Assembly: GCA_035946455.1 (NCBI GenBank)
Contig: DASYZK010000010.1
Span: 6,340 to 70,339, forward strand
Reading direction: 5' to 3'
Source of the DNA: Candidatus Acidiferrales bacterium
GTDB taxonomy: Bacteria; Acidobacteriota; Terriglobia; Acidiferrales; UBA7541
Length of the DNA: 64,000 nucleotides
This document shows, in pieces, positions 30,979-38,088 of this stretch. Each line of letters starts with the position of its first letter. Positions within the stretch are counted from its first letter, which is position 1. A program made the position numbers and the translations under genes. The notes below the pieces were generated by a model. That model was not told the origin of the DNA. It made no database searches and worked only from the letters and a program-made list of their open reading frames with translations.

Positions 30979-31766
30979 CGTTTTTTCTCCGGAATCGCGA
31001 ATCCGTAGCGGGCCAGAATGGCGGCGGCTTGCGGCGTCGCCAGGCCCTGGAGAAACGCCTGCGCCAGGTCTTTCTCGCCGGAAGAGCGAAGCACCACTGC
31101 CGCCTGCTCGAGCGGCGGATAGGAATCGGCCGGCACCAGCCAGTAGCGGCCGACGGGCTTTGCGCCGGGAGCAAGCATCAGGGCGAGCGCGGAGAAACCC
31201 GCTTGGGCGTTGCCCGAGACGACGAATTGCGTAGCCTGGGAAACATCCTCGCCGAGAACGAGTTTGCCCGCCAGCCGGGAGTAAAGCCCGAAATGTTCGA
31301 GCGCGGCCACCGCCGCCCGGCCGTAAGGCGCGAACCGCGGATTGGCGATCGCAATTTTTTTCACCGCATCGTCGTCCAGCGCGGCGAGTCCCTGCCGGTC
31401 AAATTCCACGCGCGAGTCCTTCGGAACCACCACCACCAGCCGGCCGGCGGCGTAGCGAATCAGCGACGCTCGGTCGGCCAGACCTTCGCGTACCAGGCGC
31501 TCGGGACGGCCCACATCGGCGGAAAAGAGCAAGTCGAACGGGGCGCCGCGTTCGATCTGGGTGGTCAGATTCTCCGAGGAACCGATCACCAGGCGCACCT
31601 GCCGCCCGGTGCGCTGCTCGAAGCCGCGGGCGAGCTCGCGCAGGGCGAACTGGAAATCGGCGGCAGCGGCCACCGTCAGTGGGCCGGTCGAGGCCGCCGG
31701 CGCCGGGCCAAAGACGAGCGCGAGCGACACCGCCGCGCCCGCCCAGCATCGCAGAGCCGATTTCAT
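30975..31766 (-). CDS. modA: molybdate ABC transporter substrate-binding protein ModA
   Basis: Start taken at MKSALRCWAGAAVSLALVFG (signal peptide). Also LTVAAAADF...IGSSENLTTQIERGAPFDLLFSAD. ATGA overlap with modB. Confidence 0.88.
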   Translation of the reverse strand: MKSALRCWAGAAVSLALVFGPAPAASTGPLTVAAAADFQFALRELARGFEQRTGRQVRLVIGSSENLTTQIERGAPFDLLFSADVGRPERLVREGLADRASLIRYAAGRLVVVVPKDSRVEFDRQGLAALDDDAVKKIAIANPRFAPYGRAAVAALEHFGLYSRLAGKLVLGEDVSQATQFVVSGNAQAGFSALALMLAPGAKPVGRYWLVPADSYPPLEQAAVVLRSSGEKDLAQAFLQGLATPQAAAILARYGFAIPEKKR

Positions 31767-31807
31767 CGATTCCGCTCCGAAGGCGCAAATCACCAATTCT
31801 ATGCTTT

Positions 31808-31834
31808 TTAGTATGATTGAATTCGGTATGTCAA
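31808..31834 (-). promoter_or_regulatory. candidate modA promoter (TTGACA-15 nt-TACTAA on minus strand)
   Basis: On the minus strand, TTGACA (31834-31829) and TACTAA (31813-31808) sit in the only AT-rich patch of the 125-nt modA-regulator spacer. The spacer contains the direct repeat GTATG...GGTATG around a GAATTC core. Confidence 0.35.
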
Positions 31835-31891
31835 GCCGATTTCGGTTAGCTGGTGCGCGAGTCCCGCAGCCGGCCTCGGAGAGCCGGCGGC

Positions 31892-32305
31892 TCACACCCG
31901 CAAGATCATCACCTCGGTCGACTTGATCAGCGCCGCGGCCACCTGCCCCTTCTTCAGCCTCATTTCCCGCACCGCGTCGGCGGTGATTACCGAAGTGATG
32001 TGCTGCCCGCCGATCGAGAGCGTCACTTGCGCCAACAGGCCGCTCGTCTTGATGTCCACCACCCTGCCCACCAGCTGATTCCGCCCGCTGATTCGGCGAA
32101 ACAGGCTGCGGCGCTGGGCCGGTTCTTTCGCCAGGTCGGCCCGATGCAGGTACCGGTCCAGTTGCGATTCGGGAATGCGGTGGTGGCCGCCGGCGGTTTT
32201 GACGCTCGCGAGCTTGCCGCGGTAAAGCCATTGCTTCAACGTGGAGTAGCTTATGCCCAGGATTTGAGCGGCATCCCGCGGTCTGAGCAGCTTGCGCGAG
32301 TTCAT
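31892..32305 (-). CDS. HTH (excisionase/MerR-type) + TOBE/Mop molybdate-binding regulator
   Basis: N-terminal LLRPRDAAQILGISYSTLKQWLYRGKL. C-terminal Mop/TOBE ISGRNQLVGRVVDIKTSGLLAQVTLSIGGQHITSVITADAVREMRLKKGQVAAALIKSTEVMI. Confidence 0.8.
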   Translation of the reverse strand: MNSRKLLRPRDAAQILGISYSTLKQWLYRGKLASVKTAGGHHRIPESQLDRYLHRADLAKEPAQRRSLFRRISGRNQLVGRVVDIKTSGLLAQVTLSIGGQHITSVITADAVREMRLKKGQVAAALIKSTEVMILRV

Positions 32306-32365
32306 GTTCGGTCCATCCTGGCCAAGGGCCAGGGAGCTTCATTTAGCCAGTCCACCAGGGCCAGA

Positions 32366-32908
32366 TCAAGGCGCATCTTTCGCCGGTCCGATCGCGGCGC
32401 CGCGGCTGCCGGAGGCCTCGCGGAGCCGCTGAAATACCCGGTACAGATGATGGCCTTCGTGGACCAGAAAAAATTCGATCCAGAGCGTCAAGGGCATCTT
32501 CCCGAAGGCGGGATGGATGGCGCTGCGGGCAAGTTGGTCGCCTCGGAGCCGGATCACTCGTCTGAGGAGTGTCGCTCGGAGTCTTTGCATGCCGGCAACC
32601 ACCTCCGAAGTGGGGAGCTCGAACCAGCGCGCCGCCTCGGGGTCCTCCTGGGCGCGATACCGCCCAAGCCGGGGGCTCCGCTCGCCGAGAATGCGCTCGA
32701 GCCGGAAGAGGAAAACCTCGTGATAACGAGCCAGGTGTGCCAGGTTTTCGTGCGCCGACCATTTGCCTTCGGCCGAACGTTCGTGCAGCGCGGCCGGGGT
32801 GGCGCCTTCGAGGATGGCGCCCAGGGAATCAAGTTGGTTCTTAAGACGCGAGACGGCGGAAGCGGCGAGTGCGCGCGAGGGAGGGGGAAATTTCGACTTG
32901 GCGAGCAT
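32366..32908 (-). CDS. DinB-family (four-helix-bundle metalloprotein) protein
   Basis: WSAHENLAHLARYHE...FFLVHEGHHLYRVFQ His-rich DinB_2 pattern. Start taken at MLAKSKF (91st codon of the track ORF). Confidence 0.75.
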   Translation of the reverse strand: MLAKSKFPPPSRALAASAVSRLKNQLDSLGAILEGATPAALHERSAEGKWSAHENLAHLARYHEVFLFRLERILGERSPRLGRYRAQEDPEAARWFELPTSEVVAGMQRLRATLLRRVIRLRGDQLARSAIHPAFGKMPLTLWIEFFLVHEGHHLYRVFQRLREASGSRGAAIGPAKDAP

Positions 32909-32960
32909 CGGGCGGCAGCCTCGAAGCCAGTATAGCGAGCGATCCTTCTCCCTGCACCGG

Positions 32961-33005
32961 GCGTGCTCGTCCCGGAGACGAGGGACGCTTTTTGCGTTTT
33001 TGTTT
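32961..33005 (+). terminator. orphan rho-independent-type terminator on the plus strand
   Basis: GCGTGCTCGTC-CCGGA-GACGAGGGACGC (about 10 bp with bulges) is followed directly by TTTTTGCGTTTTTGTTT. Both flanking genes are on the minus strand. Confidence 0.45.
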
Positions 33006-33098
33006 GGCGGTCGCGCGGCGCCGCGCCCCCACGCGGCTCTTGCCCCGCAGGTAGTGCCGTGCAACCGAAATTTCTGACTCGTGTTCTCCATCGCTGTC

Positions 33099-33119
33099 AT
33101 GCTGAGCGAAGCGAAGCAT
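33099..33119. repeat. small palindromic element ATGCTGAGCGAAGCGAAGCAT
   Basis: ATGCT/AGCAT arms around GC-GAA-GC. It translates as MLSEAKH, a peptide I recall from REP-like miniature repeats in other genomes. Only one copy is seen in this window. Confidence 0.3.
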
Positions 33120-33198
33120 CCCATCCCTACCGAGCGGTTCTTTCCCGCTCCCAGCCCGGGCTTCGAACCCATCGACACGACTCTTCAGTTACAAGAGG

Positions 33199-34395
33199 CT
33201 AGCGGGCGAGTTCGGCCGCCACCGCTCGAACGCAGGTGTCGATTTCTTCCTCGGTATTGTAGTAGTGGGGCGAGATGCGGATGGCGGAGGCCGCCCGCTT
33301 CTCGTCCATGTCGATAACCGCGTAGCTGCGGAGGGAAGCGCTGGTGTTGATTCCGCGGCGGCGCAGGGCGAGCACGACCTCGCCGGCATCGCGGCCGCGC
33401 GCCTCGACGGTCACGATCGCGCACAGGTCCCGGCCGCGATCGAGCACCCGGACTCCGGGAACCTCGGCGAGCCTCTGCCGGCAACGGGCCGCCAGGCGGA
33501 ACGCTCGCTTGCCCGCTTCCTCGATGCCCACCTCGGCGGCGTAACGAGCGGCTGCCCCCAGACCCAGCACCAGCGAATACGCGAATTCCCAGTTTTCGAA
33601 CCGGCGCGCGTCGTCGGCCAGTTCGAACCGGTCGGCTGCTATCCACTTCGCGCCCCGCATGTCGACCAGAAGCGGAAAATCGCCCCGCTCGAGAGCTCGG
33701 TCGGAAACGTACAAGAAGCCGATGCCCCGCGGCCCCCGGAGAAATTTGCGCGCTGTCGCGGACAGGAAATCACACCCGAGCCGGCGAACATCGATGGGAA
33801 TCTGGCCGGCAGCCTGGCAGGCATCCACCAGGTACGGCACGCCGGCCGATGCGCAGATTTTGCCCACTTCCTCCACCGGTTGTACCAAGCCGGAGTTCGT
33901 CGGCACCCAGGTGATCGCCACCAGCCGGCATCGCCCGCCGGCCAGCAGCATGGCCACCGATTCCGGGTCCACGCCGCCTTCGGGTGCATCGGCGGCGCGA
34001 ACCACTCGCACTCCCCGGCGCTTGGCGAGCGAGAGATACATCAATTGGTTGGAGACGTAATCGTTCTGGCTGGTGAGGATTTCGTCGCCGGGCTGGAAAT
34101 CCAGGGCAGCGAGCGCTTGCGAAAAAGCCACCGTCGCGTTTTCCACCACCGCGATGTTCCGGCGCGCCGCGCCCAGCAATTGCGCCACGTCCCCGTAAGC
34201 CCCGGCGATGGCCTCGGCGGCTTCCTCGGCAACTTCATAGCCGCCCGATTCCGCTTCTCGATGCAGATGTCCAACGACGGCGTCGAGCACTGCCCGCGGC
34301 ATCAGCGCCGCGCCGGCATTGTTCAAGTGGACGCAATGCGCCGTCCCCGGCGTATCCTGCCGCCAGCGTTCGAGTGCCGGGTCCTTCTCGGTCAT
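33199..34395 (-). CDS. class V aminotransferase-fold PLP enzyme (cysteine desulfurase/selenocysteine lyase-like)
   Basis: LNNAGAALMP...ENATVAFSQ...ITWVPTNSGLVQPVEEVGKICASAGVPYLVDACQAAGQIPIDV...DFLSATARKFLRGPRGIGFLYV (PLP Lys in ARK). Confidence 0.85.
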   Translation of the reverse strand: MTEKDPALERWRQDTPGTAHCVHLNNAGAALMPRAVLDAVVGHLHREAESGGYEVAEEAAEAIAGAYGDVAQLLGAARRNIAVVENATVAFSQALAALDFQPGDEILTSQNDYVSNQLMYLSLAKRRGVRVVRAADAPEGGVDPESVAMLLAGGRCRLVAITWVPTNSGLVQPVEEVGKICASAGVPYLVDACQAAGQIPIDVRRLGCDFLSATARKFLRGPRGIGFLYVSDRALERGDFPLLVDMRGAKWIAADRFELADDARRFENWEFAYSLVLGLGAAARYAAEVGIEEAGKRAFRLAARCRQRLAEVPGVRVLDRGRDLCAIVTVEARGRDAGEVVLALRRRGINTSASLRSYAVIDMDEKRAASAIRISPHYYNTEEEIDTCVRAVAAELAR

Positions 34396-34505
34396 CGTCT
34401 GCCCGCCTCCCGTTCCGGCGGCAGCGGCGTCGCTGCCGCCCGGTCTGTACCCAGGCCAGATTCGGCCGCCGCAGCCATCCGCTTTCGTCTAGAATACGCG
34501 CCGTT

Positions 34506-35894
34506 ATGCCCAAACTCACCTTTCTCGGCGCTGCCGGCTGCGTAACCGGCTCGAAGCATCTTGTGGAAGCAAACGGGAAGCGATTGCTGGTGGACTGCGG
34601 CTTGTTTCAAGGCACCCGGGAACTGAAGCAGCACAATTGGGACCCGTTGCCGATTCCACCGGCAAGCATCGACTGGGTGATCCTGACTCATGCGCACATC
34701 GACCATACCGGATACCTGCCCCGATTGGTTCGCGACGGATTCCGCGGGCCGATTCTGGCCAACCCTGCCACCCAGGACCTCTGCCAGCTCCTGCTGCCCG
34801 ATTCCGCTCATTTGCAGGAAGAAGACGCCGCCTTTGCGGCCAAGCGGGGTTACAGCCGGCACAAGCCGCCGCTGCCCCTCTATACAGTGGAGGAAGCGGC
34901 CGAAGCCCTCACCCGGTTCCAGACGATTCCTCGCGAAGGTCCGTTCAAGATCTCCCCGGAATTCTCCGTTCGCCTGTACGACGCCGGCCACATCCTCGGC
35001 TCGTCAGTCATCGAGCTGACCATCACCGAGAATGGCAGGACAACGGTGGTGGTATTCACCGGCGATCTGGGCCGCTACAGCCAGCCGATTTTGAAGGATC
35101 CGGAGCCGGTGCCGCATGCCGATTACCTGGTCTGCGAATCCACTTATGGCGATCGCGAACATCCCACCGACGCGCGCCAGCAGCAGCTCGTCGATGCGGT
35201 CAGCCGCGCCGCCGGCCGCGGCGGCGTCATTGTTGTTCCCGCGTTCGCCGTGGGCCGATCGCAAACCCTGCTCTACATTCTCCGGCAACTCGAGGACCAG
35301 CAGCGGATCCCGCGGCTGCCCACCTTCCTCGACAGCCCGATGGCCATCAGCGTTACCGACCTCTACGAAAAGCACCACGAGGATCACAACCTGCATTTTA
35401 CCGAGGAAGAGCGGAAGGGCGACCCGCTCAATGTCCGCGAAGTGCACATGACGCGCTCGGTGGAGGATTCCAAGAAGATCAACGCCGTCACCTCGCCCTG
35501 CCTGATTCTTTCCGCCAGCGGGATGGCAAGCGGCGGCCGCGTGGTTCATCATCTGCTTCAGCGCCTGCCCGATCCCCGCAACCTGGTGATGCTGGTGGGC
35601 TACCAGGCCGAGGGAACGCCCGGCCGGGCGCTGCTCGAACACGCGCGCAGCCTGCGCCTTCACGGCGAAGAAGTCCCCGTGCGCGCCGAAATCGTGGACT
35701 TGGCGCAATTCTCGGCTCATGCCGACCGAAACGAAATGGCGCGCTGGCTGGGCAATTTCCAGGCGGCTCCCCGGCAGATGTTCCTGGTCCACGGCGAACC
35801 CGACGGCGCAACCGCGCTTCGCGGCATGTTGATGGAGAAATTCCACTGGCCGGTATCCATTCCCGCCTACCTCGATTCCATCGAACTCGCCTGA
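34506..35894 (+). CDS. MBL-fold beta-CASP ribonuclease-like hydrolase
   Basis: Start taken at MPKLTFLGAAGCVTGSKHLV. HxHxDH motif THAHIDHTGYLP. Beta-CASP body ...CESTYGDREH...LSASGMASGGRVVHH...FSAHAD. Confidence 0.85.
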   Translation: MPKLTFLGAAGCVTGSKHLVEANGKRLLVDCGLFQGTRELKQHNWDPLPIPPASIDWVILTHAHIDHTGYLPRLVRDGFRGPILANPATQDLCQLLLPDSAHLQEEDAAFAAKRGYSRHKPPLPLYTVEEAAEALTRFQTIPREGPFKISPEFSVRLYDAGHILGSSVIELTITENGRTTVVVFTGDLGRYSQPILKDPEPVPHADYLVCESTYGDREHPTDARQQQLVDAVSRAAGRGGVIVVPAFAVGRSQTLLYILRQLEDQQRIPRLPTFLDSPMAISVTDLYEKHHEDHNLHFTEEERKGDPLNVREVHMTRSVEDSKKINAVTSPCLILSASGMASGGRVVHHLLQRLPDPRNLVMLVGYQAEGTPGRALLEHARSLRLHGEEVPVRAEIVDLAQFSAHADRNEMARWLGNFQAAPRQMFLVHGEPDGATALRGMLMEKFHWPVSIPAYLDSIELA

Positions 35895-36000
35895 ATTCCA
35901 CATCCGTGCCGAAGCTGGTGGCACGGGCATCTTGCCGGTGTGGCCCCGCAAGTCATCCAAACACCTGCGCCTCCCCGCATCTTCCAGTCGCTGCGGTCCG

Positions 36001-36026
36001 AACCCTCGGACCCAACCCTCGGACCC
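36001..36026. repeat. perfect tandem duplication of the 13-mer AACCCTCGGACCC
   Basis: Read directly: 36001-36013 equals 36014-36026. The preceding GGTCCG can pair with CGGACC in either copy. Confidence 0.6.
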
Positions 36027-36066
36027 AGATCTCGTCAAACTGGCTCACCACCCCTGACGCGCTCCC

Positions 36067-36095
36067 TTGACCGTCGATTCCGCGCACGCTATAAG
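36067..36095 (+). promoter_or_regulatory. candidate sigma70-type promoter of the redoxin selenoprotein gene
   Basis: TTGACC (36067-36072), 17-nt spacer, TATAAG (36090-36095). GGGGAGG Shine-Dalgarno near 36114. ATG at 36132. Confidence 0.4.
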
Positions 36096-36125
36096 TTCTC
36101 AAGCGGTTGAGGCGGGGAGGCGGGT

Positions 36126-37301
36126 TTGCGGATGAGCGTTGGAAAGCACTTCTCGCAGGTGGCGCTGGTTTTCTTGTGCTCCTTTGCCATCGATGCCTTC
36201 GCCCAGGTGCGCCCGGTGGTCATCTATGAGGGGGCCGCAGCCAGCCCAGTGGCGCCCGCGCCCTTCTCTCCTTCCTCTGATCTCTGGGTGACCTTGCCCG
36301 ATCTCACCCGCGCAACCGGATTCGAGCTCAAGCCGCAAGGGGTATGCCGGAACGAACTTTGTTTTCCGCTGCCCCAATCGAGAGAAAAGGATTTCCTCCG
36401 CCGTCGCGAATCAGCCACTTGGTTCAATCTCAGCGCCTTCGCCCGGCTGCTCCACCAGCCGGTCGCTCGCGACCGGAAGTTCGGCATCTGGGATTTCGGC
36501 GCGCCACCGGCGCTCCACAACAATTACCTCTCCACGCTCCAGGCGCCGGGCTTCACCCTGCCCGACGCGAATGGCAAGTTGCATTCCCTTTCGGAGTTTC
36601 GGGGCAAGAAAGTCCTGCTGATGACCTGGGCTTCGTGGTGAGGGTGCCGCTTCGATCTGCCTGGATGGCAGACCTTCTTTCACCCGCTCAAAAACAAGAA
36701 TTTCGAAATCGTTTCCGTGGCCGAGGATACCGGCGGCTTGAAGGATGCCGGCCCTTGGATCGCGAAAGCCAACCCGGAATACACCGTTTTGATCGACCGG
36801 CAGCAGATCGTGACGAAACTCTACAGCATGGTCAACGTTCCCACAGCCGTTTGGATCGATGAACGGGGGAAGATCGTGCGTCCTAACGAAGTGGCGTTCG
36901 TCGACAACCGCTTCCAGTGGATTTCGCATGTGGATGCGGGCCCCTACCTCGCCGCGATTCGCGATTGGGTGGCGCAAGGCGACAAGAGCGGCTACGTATT
37001 GAGCGACCGGGAGCTCAGGAAGCGGCTCACGCCGGCAAGCCCGGCACGGTTGATGGCCGATGCCGAATTCACTCTCGGCGAATACCTCTATCACGCCGGC
37101 CATGGCGCCGATGCGATTCCCTATTTCAAAGCCGCGCAGCGGCTCGCTCCGGACAACTGGAACTACAAGCGCCAGGCTTGGGCGCTTTCCGATGCCCAGC
37201 GCGACTACGGCACCACCTTCGCCAAGGAAGTTCAGAAACTGAACGGCAAGCCGTTCTATTTGCCGCGGCAAATGCCAGCGTCCCCTCCGAAGCCCGATTG
37301 A
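36126..37301 (+). CDS. secreted ResA/TlpA-like thioredoxin-fold selenoprotein, active site W-A-S-W-U-G-C (UGA 36639-36641 read as Sec)
   Basis: Track ORFs 36126..36641 and 36717..37301 share one frame. The only stop between them is TGA 36639-36641. Read-through gives FRGKKVLLMTWASW-U-GCRFDLPGWQTFFHPLKNKNFEIVSVAEDT...NVPTAVWIDERGKIV, a redoxin fold. Signal peptide VALVFLCSFAIDAFAQ. The start is more likely the ATG at 36132. Confidence 0.75.
36637..36684 (+). other. SECIS-like hairpin enclosing the redoxin UGA
   Basis: Apical stem TCTGCC (36656-36661) / GGCAGA (36667-36672) with loop TGGAT. Basal pairing GGTGA (36637-36641, includes the UGA) with TCACC (36680-36684). Paired by hand. Confidence 0.45.
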
Positions 37302-37344
37302 GATAAGAGGCATCGCCTCACTATGCTAGAATGCAAGTTTCTAC

Positions 37345-37421
37345 AGGCCCGTAGCTCAGTTGGCTAGAGCGCTACCTTGACACGGTAGAGGTCTACGGTT
37401 CGAATCCGTACGGGCCTACCA
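37345..37421 (+). tRNA. tRNA-Val (anticodon GAC), CCA encoded
   Basis: Full cloverleaf by hand. Acceptor AGGCCCG/CGGGCCT. D arm GCTC-AGTTGGCTA-GAGC. Anticodon arm CTACC-TTGACAC-GGTAG. T arm TACGG-TTCGAAT-CCGTA. Then A-CCA. Confidence 0.93.
37379..37421 (+). repeat. attL-like copy of the 43-nt direct repeat (anticodon to CCA of tRNA-Val)
   Basis: GACACGGTAGAGGTCTACGGTTCGAATCCGTACGGGCCTACCA is identical to 40462-40504. Confidence 0.75.
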
Positions 37422-37432
37422 TTGTGTTGGGG

Positions 37433-37684
37433 ATGGGCTTTCTCTCCATTCCCCGGAGCCAGACCTCGGGCCGCTTCTACATTGGCTCGACCGATAACCT
37501 CGAGCGCCACCTCTCCGAGCACCATCGCAATCACACTCCGCCAACCCGCGGTCGCGGGCCTTGGAGGTTGGTCTATCAAGAAGCCCTCCCCACGATGCTC
37601 GAGGCTCGGCGGCGTGAGCTCGAAATCAAGCGTTGGAAATCGGCCAAGCTGGTCCGGGAATTGGTCGATTCGCGCAAGGGCTAG
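37433..37684 (+). CDS. GIY-YIG domain-only nuclease-family protein (YhbQ/UPF0213-like)
   Basis: MGFLSIPRSQTSGRFYIGSTDNLERHLSEHH...GPWRLVYQEALPTMLEARRRELEIKRWKS. Starts 12 nt after the tRNA. The first motif is degenerate (FLSIP instead of the usual aromatic-x-Y-x-L). Confidence 0.75.
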   Translation: MGFLSIPRSQTSGRFYIGSTDNLERHLSEHHRNHTPPTRGRGPWRLVYQEALPTMLEARRRELEIKRWKSAKLVRELVDSRKG

Positions 37685-37704
37685 AGCGGGCCGACTTGTC
37701 GGCC

Positions 37705-37754
37705 AGGTCTGCGGATCGGGCTGTCCCGGCGGGCCGGGACTCCGTGCGGGCCTG
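37705..37754 (+). pseudogene. degenerate copy of the tRNA-Val 3' segment, interrupted by a GC palindrome
   Basis: AGGTCTgCGGaTCG + [GGCTGTCCCGGCGGGCCGGGAC] + TCCGTgCGGGCCTg aligned to AGGTCTACGGTTCGAATCCGTACGGGCCTA. The insert is itself GTCCCGGC/GCCGGGAC palindromic. Confidence 0.5.
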
Positions 37755-37772
37755 TCGCTTCTCGCGGCGGCG

Positions 37773-37871
37773 GTTGTCTACATCTTCCAGAGCCAGCCTT
37801 CCGGCCGCTTTTGCGCCGCTGATCGCGGCAGGCCTCGCCGTTCTAGCCCCCAAGTGCAAGTGACTCGATAG
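37773..37871 (+). pseudogene. decayed GIY-YIG N-terminal fragment
   Basis: Reads VVYIFQSQPSGRFCAADRGRPRR...stop. GTCTACATCTTCCAGAGCCAGCCTTCCGGCCGCTTT matches the 40526-region copy at 28/36 nt by hand alignment. Confidence 0.45.
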
Positions 37872-38088
37872 ACAAAGTCTGCCGTGGATGTCGCCAGGAT
37901 CGCCTTTGTCAGCGTTCAGGGGCTCTTCCGGCCAGTTGCGGCGTGCCACGATGGCCGGGAATGCCGCGATAGGCCCGCGAGAGTTCGCTCCCAAGGTATT
38001 CGGCAAGCTTCAGTGCTTTGTTGGGGTAGCGAGTCCGCTCCACAGGGTACGTGATCGGCCGCTCGTGAAGCGACTTTCGGCCCTGCCG

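Noticed and set aside
31767-31891. Molybdenum-cofactor riboswitch upstream of modA
   Set aside because: The spacer is only 125 nt, and the promoter-like elements leave a ~35-nt leader. That is too short for the ~130-nt Moco RNA motif, and none of its conserved stems are visible.
29114-33178. Over-long track ORFs 29114..31174, 30975..32342 and 32366..33178
   Set aside because: Each is a real gene (modC, modA, DinB-like) plus an open upstream extension. The extensions overlap the neighbouring gene or spacer. Starts were reset to Met codons that give canonical N-termini or signal peptides.
33130-33198. tRNA-like pieces just after the aminotransferase stop: GGGTTCGAAGCCC T-loop-like motif and a CTCTT-GTAACTG-AAGAG stem-loop on the minus strand
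   Set aside because: No acceptor or D arm can be built. The T stem is only 3-4 bp, and the would-be anticodon loop has a pyrimidine at position 37. This is probably a chance TTCGAA palindrome or, at most, an old att scar.
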